A stretch of DNA of 64,000 nt from Octopus vulgaris (Eukaryota): contig OX597817.1 in assembly GCA_951406725.2 (NCBI GenBank), positions 109,802,001 through 109,866,000 of the forward strand, in the 5' to 3' direction. The notes under the pieces were generated by a model. That model had not been told where the DNA came from. It searched no databases and saw only the letters and a list, made by a program, of their open reading frames with translations. Position numbers and translations under genes: made by a program. Within the stretch, counting starts at the first letter, position 1. The number at the start of each line of letters is the position of its first letter. Below are positions 43,453 through 57,672 of this stretch, piece after piece.

Positions 43453-45312
43453 TTTTCTTTTTCTATTTTTCACTAATATATTTTGTCTCCCCTTCTCCCT
43501 CTTCTCTTTCTCTCTCTATACATTTATTTCTCCATTCGTGTTATTACCTCCCTTGTGTACGCATATCACACTGGCAAAATTCGACAGACATAAGGAACGC
43601 GTAGAACAATATAATAATAGTTTCACAGTGATGTACTTAACAATAGAATATAGTTTTGGTCATTTCAAGAAAGTTTTACAACTTCCATAAAATAGAATTA
43701 TATGGACGATAAAAAAATCGCCTACAAAATATGTTTCTATCTTCCGACATATTGCTGAAGTCTGGAAAGCAATATTATATGTAGTAAAACACTATTTTGT
43801 AGCATAAAATGTATTTGTTCTTGCTCACTTAAAGGAGGAAGGCTTTTATTGGAGAGAAAGAAAGATGAAGTTAATTTATTTACAATTACTCTAACAAAAC
43901 AAAAACAAATATTTAATGAACAAAGACATATACGAAAAACGACTCAAATATAGACATTTTAATTTTACAAGATTGTTGCAATGACTGGACTGTTACCCTA
44001 AACCCTTAAAGTGAAGATCTCGACACCAGTTAAAGAGACTTGCTGAATAATTTTAAAATACGAAAATAGAATTTATACAAAATGCAATACTCAAAAACAA
44101 TTTCAGTTCTCAAAAACACTATTTTTGTATTTCTACTTCAGTAATACAATAAATCCGAAGGCAAAAAGTGATCAGTAGAAATTCTAAGTTTTATTCAAAT
44201 AAAAACAAAGTATAGTATCAAAATCGAATTTTACAACAGAAACCGAGGTTTTGCGGTAGAATAGAAAACATCAGTACTGTGAGGAAAATAGAGGAAACTT
44301 TTGAAGAGATATAAATAGATATTCACTGGATTCACTAGTATCTCTGTATAAAAATGTATTTAACTTGAAGCAATGACTGGAAAAACCGTGTTCAACATAT
44401 CTTTGATCACAATACCTACATTCCATTTTTATGAGTTACGTTTGGATTATACTTGTATTATAACGTACGTAATCTTATTAACTTGAAACTTATCTCACTC
44501 AGGTGAGATAAAACGAATGAAATATCAAATGCTCGTGTTTTCTGCTTAACTTCACAACTTCTTTCAATGCCCACCACTGACTACATTGACTTATTTAAAA
44601 TCGGAAGTTTTGATATGCATGCCTTCCCCCAAAGTCATTAAAGATTGTAAGAGAAATTAAACTATTCCAATCAGTAATCAGATCTTGATATCTGAAGTAG
44701 TTGCTTAGTTTGCCATTTACTATGTCTCCACGTCATACTACTTGTAATCCAATACATGCAATCAACTGATACTGTTCAAATAGAACTTTCTAGAAGATTG
44801 TTTTAAGTAGCTACTAACGAAAGCTTTGAATCAAGTGATCATATTTCAGTACAACCTCCTATCAACCGATTTTGGTTTCAATCTATTACAGAAAATACAA
44901 ACTTGACACCCAGCCATACAGCATTCAGGTAGGGGCTTTTTAACGCATATCTCAGATTTATTATTGTTGCGGATGGAAATAAGTATTCCATATAAAAATA
45001 GAATTGCAGTTGCCCTTGTTACACTAAGCTTCTTTGTTGAGTATAATTTTAGTTTAGCAAACTGGATGAAAATAGAGTTTACTAGTGAACTAGAGCACAG
45101 TGTATAGGTTAGTTTTTATATATCTTAAAACACAGAATGTGGTCTATATCATATTTGACATTAATTACAGTTTAACTTTAAGTTAATAATAATACACTAA
45201 TACACTCTTTAAGTAATCTGCACTGCGAAATATTAGTTGAATGCTCTTTAAATTAAAACCCTCACACATAGACATGAAAACGTTCATGTAATGGCGTAAA
45301 CATTCATGTGTC

Positions 45313-45388
<76 letters not shown>

Positions 45389-45414
45389 TGTGTGTGTCTA
45401 TATGCATATAGTGA

Positions 45415-45700
45415 TGGCGCGTGTCTTAGTGGTTAGGGTATTCGGCACACGATCCTAAGGTCGTGAGTTCGATACCCAGTAGCAAGTTGTGCCCTTTAAG
45501 TAAGACACTTTATTTCACGTTACTCCTGAACATTCAACTGGCAAAATTGAGTAGCACTTGTATTTCAAAGAGCCAGCCTCGTCACGCTGAATATCCCTGA
45601 GAACTACACTAAGTTAGCACTTTCGTTACATAATCTTACATTGGTTTGGGGTAAGTCGAAGACATTCGTTCAGGTCAGCTGGAATACTCATCGTCAGAGT
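45415..45700 (+). mobile_element. tRNA-derived SINE family D
   Basis: A-box-like tgtcttagtgg and B box gagttcgatacc. The tail 'tgtatttcaaagagccagcct..gtcacgctgaat.tccctgagaactaca' is shared with 52590-52650. Another head copy lies at 62186-62296. Confidence 0.8.
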
Positions 45701-46494
45701 AATGTGCGTGTATGTGTATGAGGAGAATCGGACGTAATGATAAAGAAGTTCTCTGCGCACTCATAAGGATAATCCCATTGTAGAACACTTCGTTGAGTAA
45801 CTTAAACCGTAGAATCCTGTCGACCCAATCTTATGTGTGAAATTGGATAAAGAGGAAGTGTTGTTGCTTGTAGGATGAACTGCAACTTCTTCCTAAACAT
45901 TCTTGCTAATCTTGAATGCTTCTATGTCTATCTCAAAGATGTACATTGTTCTAGCTTCAGGAAAATTCGTGAAGTATTTCTCAAAGCAAAAATAACGATG
46001 ATGATGGTGGTGGTGGTGGTGGTGGTGGTGGTGAAGATGATGATGATTTTAAACATAAACAAAAGCATAAAAACCATGACCCTTTACAAGGTCTCTAGTA
46101 CAGGAAGTGGGGAGAAAGGAGGTATGTTGAAACTGCTGACTTGGCCCGAATATTTTTCAACTGAGAGTACTCTGCAAAATGCCAAGCGGTGATTTCAATC
46201 CATCACTCAGTTTAATACCACCACCTAGTGCCTTGGGGCTCTTTAGCGGAGTCCACTGCACTGCAGGCATTTGGCCCAAGTAAATGCTTTTAAGCTATCT
46301 CCCCACTCCCTCTCCTCACCAGTTCCGTAGGCCCTGAAGAGCGTCATAAGTACTGCCTTTCCTCCTGACTAAGGGGTAAAAAAAAATTACGAGAGCTCAC
46401 AACATTATATCCAATTCAAAAATTATTCTGTTAGGCAAAACACATATTCTACACGCGCCCCTTTCTACAATTCAAACAGTACAATCTCTGAAAA

Positions 46495-46606
46495 GCATAA
46501 AATGCATAGTTAACCTCGGCGGAACTTGAACTCAGAATATAAAAACAGTCAAATGCTGCTATGCAATTTGTCCGGCGCGCTAACCATTCTGCCAGGTCAC
46601 CGCCTT
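46495..46606 (-). mobile_element. SINE family A, 5' half
   Basis: Reverse complement reads aggcggtgacctggcagaatggttagcgcgccggacaaa...gagttcaagttccgccgagg. Confidence 0.8.
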
Positions 46607-46699
46607 CGAATAAACATAATAACATCAACAACAACAACAACAGCAGCAACAGCAGCAACAATAGTGAAATTAATGTACATTGTACAGACAATATTAAAA

Positions 46700-46990
46700 A
46701 CCATCAGTGAAAGCATGTTTTCTGAATGGTTTATCGATTCCAACAAATGACAATATATCTCAAAAACAAAAAATGAAATGCAGAAAATATCCAAATTTAA
46801 AGATCTGGAAACAAAGAAGACCAAATTACGGGAGGAAAACTAGATATAATCACCATAGTAATAGTTGCTTTGGAAAATATTTTTTTTAAAAACCTACAAA
46901 TACATAACAGAAAAGTCAAAAATTTCTCAACATAAAGAATAGAATTACTTGGTACTGCACACATATTACGGAGATGTTTTGAATACACTG
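46700..46990 (+). mobile_element. Decayed RLE domain of a second R4/Dong-like LINE family
   Basis: 'KACFLNGLSIPTNDNISQKQKMKCRKYPNLKI', 'ITIVIVAL' and 'LLGTAHILRR' resemble the C.LID.SIP...EK..KY.DL...LLGTAHILR endonuclease C-terminus. Confidence 0.65.
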
Positions 46991-48001
46991 GGGAAACAGG
47001 CAAACAAAATAAATACGGCATGTATTAAGGCACATAGTGCTGTTCTCAATTCTGCTGTGAAAGATTGCATTACAAATAACACTACTGAAATAAAATGCTT
47101 TGGATTTTGACAATTAAAGGCAATAAATTACGAGCATATACATTCGTCTATATTGACCCCAGTACTTTACTACCATTCCTACCAATTCTTGTCATTTTGT
47201 GGTTGAGCACCAGCCAAAATATCTTGCAGTATTTAATTATGTTCTCTTATATGCTTTTACATTCTTAGTTCACGTTCAAATTGTTTTTGAAATATCATGC
47301 TTCCGTGGTTGAGTACTATATTGGTTTAATGCAGTATGATACAGACCCTGAAATACATTAATATATAATATGATATAGAATTATTAGATAATGAGATCAT
47401 TCTCTTCAAGTTATAGTTATTCTACATTGGATCATTGATATATAATCTTCTTGTTTCAATGTTTATTCAGTTAAGCTGACGACATGGATCAATACGCCCA
47501 ATAATTTAATTTATCATAATGCGGCCAACACAGACGATTTGCCATAGTATTGACTCTGTAAATGTATAAGCGATCAACATTAGCAATTTCAACCTCTATA
47601 AAATCTAAAGAACGCTCAATACAAAAATACTACTTCGTTTTGTTTGAAAAAAAAATATTTGCTTTTTATGCTTAAAAGATTCGAAATTGGTTACAGATTT
47701 TGTCATTTCCTTTTAATTTAGTTGTGTGTCTGTACGTTACATATACACATGCATAGATCTGACTCAGCTACGCTGGCATAGATGCTATTTTCAACAATGT
47801 AATGAGTTTTATCAGTTACAAGTTTACCATTTCGTCCAGTCGAGCCAAATAATTAATTAGGTTTTTAATATCAAAGTTAAATTTTGTTTACTAAATAGCG
47901 CCGAAGTATTTAAGCAGAGAAATAAAATCATCAAATCACACTGTCTACCGCTACACACAAGTATATATACTAACTGAAAATTGATATAAATTTTATTTCA
48001 G

Positions 48002-48140
48002 GAGGAAAATCTCCGAGGAATTCATAAGAAACTTTTCTGAAAACTATGAACCTACAATATTATCAGTTCTGGGAAATGAGAATGACCATAGAATGCTTCG
48101 AGATATTAATAATAAGGAAAGATTTCTCAATCCCATTTGA
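48002..48140 (+). CDS. Candidate terminal coding exon of an unknown gene (RKISEEFIRNFSENYEPTILSVLGNENDHRMLRDINNKERFLNPI*)
   Basis: Acceptor-like aattttatttcag, followed by 45 open codons of protein-like composition in non-repetitive DNA. No family is recognised. Confidence 0.25.
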
Positions 48141-51100
48141 ACATATCACATTATTTTCAGCTGCCTTTTAAATTGGATGTTCTTTAATTTTTTTGTTTTG
48201 TTTTGCTTTGGTGGGGGCTACCGTCTATAATTGAAATTTCTTCGAACTTGTTTTTTTTTTTTTATTCCTGTCGTTCTCTCTCCTGGTTGAATAATTTCAC
48301 CTTCAGAGACGATTTTCTATTAGTCTCGTTAAAAAAAATGTCGTTGTTACGTGTTAGATAGCTAAATGAATAAGGATCTCTATGCAATCGCTTGCCTTGA
48401 TAGAAATAGAAAACGCATTTCCTTCAAACCACGTCCTACGTTCTCAAGGAAAGGACAGATTAGACAATATAGCACATTATATACGGAAGAAACAAAAAGG
48501 TGACTGATAGGATTTTGGGGGTTGTGGGTCTATTCGATCAGAGGTGATATTTGTCTGAGCAACAACATTGTTAGCTGAAGCTTCCGTTTTATGTTACAGT
48601 GATAAAATACTGTATTGCAAGATACGATTCTAATAGTTCGCTCTATCTGATACTCTTCAATCAATAAAATCTAATGTCTTCTTGATGCAGTGCATCACTG
48701 ATGTAGATATTCCCTTACATACATAATAATCAAGGACCTGAACATGTTTCTTCATATTTTCTTACCAGTTTAAATCAATAGGGAGATTTTTTAGTATTAG
48801 GTATAGTAAGTACCAGCATTTAGACATTCTCTCACTATGTATACTCTAAGAGCATATTGTCGAAGAGTGATGAATTAATTGAATCGTTACAACATCGGAG
48901 AAAATGCATTGAAGTACTCATATATTTCTCTTTATGTTCTAATTTCAAATCCTGTCGTAGTCATTACTTTTCCTTTTCAGCCGATAAAATAAGTATCAGT
49001 TAAAAACAGTGGTAGATTATCCAAGGAGGAATGTGATGTGAGGGATATTGGTTGCTAATTATTGTAGGTAAAAGAGGAAATTCCTTCTACTACTACGTTC
49101 CAAGATAATATTTATTTGAAACATAGGTACAAGGCCTCTAATTCGGTTGCTTTCTCATATATTTACTTTATTTTTTAGTGGTTACATACAACATATATAG
49201 CGTATCAGTCTTTCCACACCATTCATTTTTGCTGTGTTCTTGGATCTTTATTTATAGAATACAACATGAGACGAGTTTACTCGCAACTAGCTCAACCCGT
49301 TTCCATTTTGGTGGGGAAATCAGCATTATAAGCGATCTCGTATGACTTTTCTGCTCAAATGATTCAGAAAGAAAAATCATTCCAACTCCGCTGCTTGACT
49401 GCTAGTATATTTATCGACCGCTAAAGGAATAAATGCGAAGTTGATCTCGATGAAATTTGAACCCAGAAAAGTTATAGCAAGACATTTGTCCTATTCTGCA
49501 CGACTGTCTTACACAACTACTACTGATTGGAGTAATCTGTCTATTATTTTCTTAGCCCCATGCTTATGTTTACAATGATTTGAAATTATAATAATGAAAG
49601 TAAAAGGTGAAAAAATATTACTCGTGCGTTATTTCATACATCCTGTCTGTTTAAAATGTTGTGTCTCTAGCAAAGGAAGCAGTAAAAATCTGAAGTGATA
49701 TGATTGATACAACTTTGCAGATAAAAAAAAAGGAAATTTTCAAATTTTCTGTAAGTCAAGCATCACAGTTAACACAAACAGACTTAAGTAGCAGTAAAGT
49801 CCATCTTTACAGTTGACTGAACACAATGATCGAATTTTTCAGATAAATATATTACTTTGAATAGTTATATCTGACAGACTCCTTTTCTCTTGGCAGTTGA
49901 TTAATTGATCGATTAAACTGATGGTCGTCAGTTTAATTTTTGAAACTTTTTATTCCCTTCTTTATTTGCTTGTGTATTTGTTTGTTTGTTTATTTATCTA
50001 TTCTACTTGGTATTTTTTATAAGTCAACGATCAGAAGAGAGTCTTGATTGTTACATAGTATAAAACATTAAATCAGGATTGTACGAAGTTTTCAGTTAAT
50101 TCGTTTTCTCAGGTTTCTAGAATGAAATATGGAAATGTACAATTGCAATTCACACGTACATATCTATATATTTGTAACTAAAATCTTTACCGTTCAGTAA
50201 ATATTATTCGCAATTTTTATCCATAAACCACATTTTTTCACCTCTTTCCTTTGCTATATATTCAACTTACTAGAAAGATTTAGCCAAAGCTTTCACCATT
50301 TCTCCCATCATACACTTCTCTCAGCCTTTTTCTCTAGTTACACTTCCCCAGTATATTTTCTCAACATTTTCTTCTCTAAAATCATCAACAAAAAGTGTAC
50401 GTATGCGAAAGATGTGTAACACAGAATATCAAACAAAGTTATTGTCCCCATTTTCAGTTCCATCAAAAATAGCCATTAGTGCTCAAATGTATAGACTTTA
50501 TTGAATCCCTTTATTTCCTGCAGAATCCATGCCAGAAAGTAGCTCTTGCAGATTTTATGCATAGTAAACACGTCATCTCTTAAACTGACATCAACGTTTT
50601 TTAACAAATATGTTTACAATGTTTACAATGGAAATTAAGCTTTCATAAACATTTCTTTAAATCGGTGGTGGTATGTCCGTCAACGTTATTGTTGTTTTAA
50701 TATTTATGTATAGAATTTGTTTCTAGATATTGATATTTGTATAAATCTCTTTAATGGAGGTTTTCTAAAGGCGTTCTTAACCTAACAGTATTTCGCATTG
50801 CTAGTTCTATTAGTTAAAGTGTCAGAACAACCACAGTAAAATTTAATGTTTGAGCAGAACTATGATCAGTTACATTCCATTCATGAGTATCGCGTTTTAT
50901 ATTCAGACAGTGTGCATTCAGGACCAAATTACCCAAAGCATCATTCCCTTTTAAGATGATGGTAAGGTATGATAAATTGGGAAATTAGGTTACTATTTCT
51001 AGCAGGTTGAGCGACCGCAAAGCATCCCTCGCTGGCTGATAGTCATCGTTGTTGGCTCATCATATATTTAACATCGACATTTTTTAAATGTAATGTTCTA

Positions 51101-52391
51101 GTTGGGAACTATATCTAATGTCACTTTTATCTAGTTTCACTTGAGTTAGCAGTTCGCGGAAACCAAAAATAAATAGCTAATACGTCGTACCATGTATATA
51201 ATGTTTTAGTAGACATGCGCATGCTTTTCAGATCTCCAGTGTTAATCTACAGTACAACAAACTATATAATTACTCCTGTATTATAAATTTAGCAGTCTAT
51301 TTTTGTTGTACTAGTCTTTGAAAGTATTTCAGCACATTTACATTTCTACTTATTACCACCCATAGTGAGTCTCCTTAAATCTCAAAATCTCATACTTACG
51401 CTGTAGTGATGCATCGCACCCAAAACTACAGCCATCTACGCACAGCTTTCCTCCTTTCCAAGAAAAATACTTTCTTCCGTAACCTCTTCAAGTTAGCCTT
51501 CTGTAAGGACTTCATACATATTAGAAACATGACTTGTGAAATTTTTTATATCTGGGCTTGAATATCAAACCTCATATTTGGGGTTGGTGAATATTCATCG
51601 TTATTGTAATTGGTGATGTTAATGATGTTGTTGTCTAACCCAGTTCAAATCCACTGGAAGAGACTTATGATCAAAATCATTCCAGTCGTGAAGCAGCTCG
51701 TTGGTTTTACGAGTATCTAGTACTGCATTGTCTAATGTGTTCTCTCTTTATCTAATATAGGTCTCATTATTTAAGACAAGTATAATTCTAAAGAAATTGA
51801 ATATTCTGTCAGCTCAAACGGCCATATTTTTTTAATAAAAGTTCTTTATATTCACAACGAAAGTAACACGCTACTCGAGGAAATATCTGAAGATTTTTTC
51901 AGAATATCTGAAGATTTTTGTCGAAAGCGGAAGCGTCTTAGACTAAGCCTTCTGCGAGATTCATCTGTATCCGTTTATGATACTAGGTTTAATTTGACTG
52001 TTTAACCATTCCTCACAGCCTACAACACGTTGGTAATTTTTATTTCACCGCCTCTAGCTTTGCAGTACGAATGCTGTGTTCTCTAGGTTTTATAGTATCC
52101 TAGATAAAAAAAAAAAAAAAACATGTTTGCTGCCCCTCGCTCAACTCTCCGCCACTGATTGAAAAGAACGATATTTATCAACTACAGAAGGATGAAAAGT
52201 AACATTATCATCGACAGAATTGGAATTCAGATTATGAGCTGGAACAATTACTGCAAGACGTTTGTCTGACGTTCTAACGATTCTTCCAACCGATTACTCA
52301 TTGTGTTTAAGTCAGAAAATATTATTGTTATTGACGTTAGTTTGGGCAAAAGTATATCATTGTCACAATTGTTATGAATATATGTGCTATT

Positions 52392-52770
52392 GTGGAGGCG
52401 CAATGGTCCAGTGGTTAGGGCAGCGGGATCGCGGTCGTAGGATCGCGGTTCGATTCCCAGACTGAGCGTTGTGAGTGTTTATTGAGCGAAAACACCTAAA
52501 GCTCCATAAGGCTCCGGCGGGGTAGGGGTGAACCTTGCTGTACTCTTTCACCACAACTTTCACTCTTTCTTCCTGTTTCTCTTGTACCTGTATTTCAAAG
52601 GCCCAGCCTTGTCGCACTCTGTGTCACGCTGAATCTCCCTGAGAACTACATTAAGGGTACACGTGTCTGTGGAATGCTCAGCCACTTGCACGTTAATTTC
52701 ACGAGCAGGCTGTTCCGTTGATCGGATTAACTGGAACTCTTGTCGTCGCAACCGGCGGAGTGCCACACAC
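52392..52770 (+). mobile_element. Full-length tRNA-derived SINE family C with a 12-bp TSD
   Basis: A box tggtccagtgg, B box ggttcgattcc and (CA)n end. TSD atatgtgctatt (52380-52391) / atatctgctatt (52771-52782). Confidence 0.9.
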
Positions 52771-54299
52771 ATATCTGCTATTCTTAAGATAGTTAGCTTT
52801 TATTTTTTATCAATTTAAGATAATTTAACGTAAGAAATATATATACATTTTATACTTCATTGTGTCAAACGCACCACCCAATCCATAAATAGGTTTTATT
52901 CTTAAGAAATATTGTTTTATGGCGGATTGCTTCATGTAATGGATCGATTAATTCTGGGACCACCTCATCTATTGTACCTTTTGCATCGCTATTTCAAGTA
53001 ATGACAATCAATTTGTGTGTCCATTCACAAAAAATTATATCTTGGTGTCTTTAATAAACATGAATAGTATAAAGGAACATTTTCTATGTATTTATTTCAA
53101 TGTGCATATGTCTTTCAAATGGATATATTATATAAATTACAATATCATACATATTTCCTGAAAACTAGTGTATGCTGTAGAGTTAACAATATTCATTCCT
53201 AAAAAATATGAATTCGCTTCATGCCTTGAGGCACGATTCAAAAGTAATGCTTTCCTTTACAATACGTTTTGATACTTATGTATATATCTTTATAATTTTG
53301 ATATTTGTATAAATTTCTTGCACGGAGACTGTCTACAATATCTTTGTATATTTTGATATTTGTATTAAATTTTTTAATGGAGACTTTCTAAAGATTTTCT
53401 CAATCGAACTGTTTTGCATTGTTAGTTCCATTATTTATTGTCATTTGAGAGCAACCATTATAAAATTCGGCGTTTAGCAAAATGATTTTTCAAAAAATAA
53501 TTAGCTAATAGTAGCTCTTGCTACCTTGATAAATCAATATCTGTAAGAAGATTGAATACAGGTTGCTTGCGACATTTTAACTCCAACTCAGGTATTAACA
53601 TAGTTTATGATTTTGCTAAAATTACACAGCTGGTGAACACTTCAGTTCGTTGTAACTCTTTACAGTGTAGCTGTAGCTAGTATAACACATTAAATTCCAT
53701 ATTTGATAATAGAAATTCTCTAGTCTGGAGATTCATATAAATCATCAGCTACTGATAGTGCCAACGTTTCGTATCTACCTTTTGCACTGTGCGAGTCACC
53801 TAACGCTTGTTGGTTGTGACTTTGGTGAACAATAAATCTTAGCCACAATTTTGTGGTCGGATCAGTAACTAGCAAATGATATTGTTTCAATAGATTTCTT
53901 TCGTCATTGTCCAAGGAGTCTTAAGATTTTACTCGCCGTTGGTTCGTAGATTACCGATGTGTACGTGAGGATTAGTCGATTAGCTCTGTCAGATACACTA
54001 GTAGTTAAATGGATTCTGTGATTCAGTTGTTATGGCATGATCCGTTGAATTCATCTCAGTACATTACTAGTTCTTGTAGATTTTATCAGCCATAAAGAGC
54101 TGATATAAGGCGGTGACCTCGTTAAATTTATACTTATGTGCATGTTTGAATGTGTATATGTATGTATGCTTGTATGTATATTGTTTATGAGTTGGTGTTT
54201 TGATTTTATACTTTACTGTACTACATAATTTACCTATATAAACATCTTGTTTTATACACATCCGGACTTGTTTCAACTTTGTTCTGGCATTTCATCAGA

Positions 54300-54570
54300 G
54301 ATTGAATACCCTCATTAACGGACCATGTAGACATTGCATATAAATAAGCTGTAACAAAACCTCCCATCCCACAACCCTTCAAATACAAGGACTACATTAC
54401 CAACAATGCTGTCCTAGAAAAGACCCAACAATCGAAGCAGAGAATCTACCATCACAAAACACTGGATACTATGATTACTACGCAGAATTAAAGAAGGGAA
54501 TTTTCTTCTTCAAATGCTATTCAGTGCTATTCAAATGCTGTCACAAACGCCAGCTAAGACCAACTCTTAA
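54300..54570 (+). mobile_element. Possible decayed RTE-clade LINE fragment
   Basis: 'FKYKDYITNNAVLEKT' resembles the I.W.D.ITN.EVL motif that follows the RT domain in RTE elements. Confidence 0.35.
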
Positions 54571-57222
54571 AATGACAGGTAATGAAACAAAAACGTGGGA
54601 AAGAGAAATTCAGAATCATTGCAACTTGTGCCACCCTCACGCCACCGAAACCGACTTTTTTGAAGGCGAAAGAAAAAGTTAAGATGAAGATAAACATAGA
54701 GAAAACCACATGCGATAAGTTTCAGGCAATCATACCTTCCACCGTCTTTGCTATCTTTGTCCATACCCCTTCCTTGAGAGAATTGGCATTCTCGGTCATT
54801 AACAAAATCAACATCTAAAAACTACCAAATCAGGAAATAATTCTAGAACACAAAGATCTAGTCGATGATGACAGTGACAACGAAATGCTGAAATAAAATG
54901 AATAAACCATTTTTCATATTTGAAGCATTCTTGGTAACTAGTTCGAGTATAATCGAACAGACAGGGATTCGTTATATATGCAAAATGGTCTAAGCTCTTA
55001 GAAAAAGTGGGTCTACAATCACAATCAGTGTCTCCATGGACAGTAGTATTTATAAACAAGTATAAAAATATGTCATAAACAAATGTAAAAATATAAATTA
55101 TATGCAAAATGTACATTAAAATATTATGGAAATAGAATACAACGTTTCTTGAAATAGCTGAACATTGAATTTTTTAATGTTTTCATTGTGGTGAATTTGT
55201 AATATTCGGTGAATTTGTAATTCTGGGAAACGAAAATAAACTTTGACTTATAAGCCATTGTGTTTACAATCAAGATAAACAAAACTAAGCATAAAACAAT
55301 TTTTCTTGAAAATATATAATTTCATTCAAAGTGATAGAACTCATTTCTTTGACACAGACTTTAGAGAATTTTTATTATACAATATATGTTGAAGATATGA
55401 GTCTTAAAAGCATTTATGGTCAATTCAGGAGACTTTTATCTAGATATTATTCACAAGCCTTTATCTGAAATCTCGTCAATTAGCTATTAGACATTACCAC
55501 TAACATCAGTTTTTCATACACCATGGTGCTATTATATATGGTTTATTAAAAAGATTTTACTCGAGCTTCATAAAATCTAAAAGTATTAAAGTTCATCCTT
55601 TTTTAAGTTTTAATGTTACTGAGAAACAATCCATGCATAATATCCTCTCCCGTTAGAAAATTCGCTCTTATAAGCAAACTTATATCCGAACGTTGTTACC
55701 TATATATCTGAATACATTTTCATACACTGGGGAAAAGAGAACTGGTTTCATTCGACATACACACTCATACATAAGTTTTGATAATCTTTTCAGCTTTTAT
55801 TTAAGTCTATAAAATGAAACTATTCCACAATTACTTAAGGCAACCTCGCGTCATTATCATTTCCTCTTAGGTGTGAGCATTTTCCTTTTCTCTTTTTTTT
55901 TTTTTTCATCATTAATTCTAATTCAGAATTCACATTTGTTCTCTGTGGCTTTTGAAAGAGAAATAAACAGACCCTTTCCATTAATTACTATAGTAATGTA
56001 TGAGAATTATGAGTATTCATTAGTGATAACATGATTGGGCAAACATGATGTAGGCTTCTGCACAATATAAATAGATTTAATGAAAAACTCTTAATTAACG
56101 TATTTCAGTCTAAGGCTGCCATGGAAAAGGTTGTTAATTTTGCTTTCAATTGTGAAATGATCGTCAGTTCAATATTATGCAACATAAAGTATATATGTTA
56201 AAATATACTATCTGAAATTGATCAATCCATTCCACTCTGGTGACAAATTCGTTCCATGAAAATATATTCTCCCGCATAAATTAGTTTTTGGATCTCCAGC
56301 TCAGCTAAATTGATCTCTTGCATCTTTGTCAATTTCTTTGCAAAGACAAGAGCACACAATAACGTCTGTAGCAGGTACGAATTTATGATGGTTCAACAAA
56401 GGGGTTCAAACAAGTATATAACAAATCTCATGATGATATATCAGGGCTTATTGATTGCGAATGAATTAGTGAAACTGTAATCAATACATCAGTTACAAAT
56501 GAAGTTAGCAATATTGCATTAGTCACTACTAAAACAAACAAGACTGGCACATTTCGCAAACACTAAAATATTAGCATTAATAAAGAATGGGTTAAATATT
56601 TGTCTTTGAAACACAAATTCAAATTATTTTTTAAATAAAGTATCGGTTTTACGCAGAAGCTTATAACCATAACAGTACGACTACTTACTGATGATGGTTT
56701 TAGATTTGCTTTTTTTGTGTTTTTTTTTTTTTTTTTGGTGGGTGTTTGTTCGTTCGTTTGTTTGTAAGTCATTCATACTCAATTTATCTATGTCGTCTGC
56801 AGACGGTGAAGTAGCAAACTGCGAACTAAACATATATCGATTGTTCTATTATGTTCTGGTAATTGAGTATTAACCAGAAAGCACTAGTTAAGTTGAAATC
56901 CAGGAAAGGTTAAAACAGGTTCATTGCTGTTAATTGGATCCAAATGTTGAAACCGCTATGCCAAACTAACCATAGAAGAAGGTGACTGACATTTCATGAA
57001 TATTCCACTTGAAAGAATTCTGTAAAGTAAAGCTAAGACAGCAATTATTTGCTTGAACAAGAGTGTTTATACTTAGCGTATGCGATAATATATATTCGTG
57101 CACGTGTGCGTGTACATGTATGCATATATATATATGTGTGTGTGTGTATGTGTTTGTGTTTGTGTAGGTAGGTAGGTAGAAAGGTAGGTAGGTAGGTATG
57201 TAGGTAGGTGGGTAGGTAAACT

Positions 57223-57273
<51 letters not shown>

Positions 57274-57321
57274 GTATATGTATGTGTGTGTATATATATA
57301 TATGTGTATATATATATATAT

Positions 57322-57399
57322 GTATTTTATTTTTATTTTTTATTTTATTTTATTTTATCTAGTTTCAGCTCACGAGCTGTGGCCATGCTGGGGCACCGC
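57322..57399 (-). mobile_element. ~70-bp retroposon 3'-tail fragment, copy 2
   Basis: Near-identical to 1633-1700, with the same 5' boundary, and also located within (TA)n-rich sequence. Confidence 0.75.
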
Positions 57400-57458
57400 A
57401 TTGTATACATATATACATACACATATATATACATACCTACATATATATAGGGATTATG

Positions 57459-57530
<72 letters not shown>

Positions 57531-57582
57531 CAGACAGAGAGACAGACAGACAGACAGACAGAAGACAGACAGACAGACAGAC

Positions 57583-57671
<89 letters not shown>
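57459..57671 (+). repeat. (GATA)n/(GACA)n microsatellite
   Basis: Direct reading. Confidence 0.95.

Positions 57672-57672
<1 letters not shown>

Noticed and set aside
46170-46400. GC-richer tract with CTGAAGAG upstream of an RLE fragment (possible ribozyme)
   Set aside because: No GAAA/stem II partner or HDV-like pseudoknot could be built by eye.
52392-52470. tRNA-like sequence with A and B boxes
   Set aside because: It continues into a SINE body with a TSD and forms no complete cloverleaf, so it is a SINE head rather than a tRNA gene.
53720-53914. ORF with 'YHLLVTDPTTKL', reminiscent of the PLE pre-RT region
   Set aside because: It is a single short motif with no downstream RT motifs.
54260-54305. 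Minus-strand CUGAUGA...GAAACAAGUC hammerhead-like motif
   Set aside because: Stem II is barely paired and stem I needs a bulge at the cleavage site; chance cannot be excluded.
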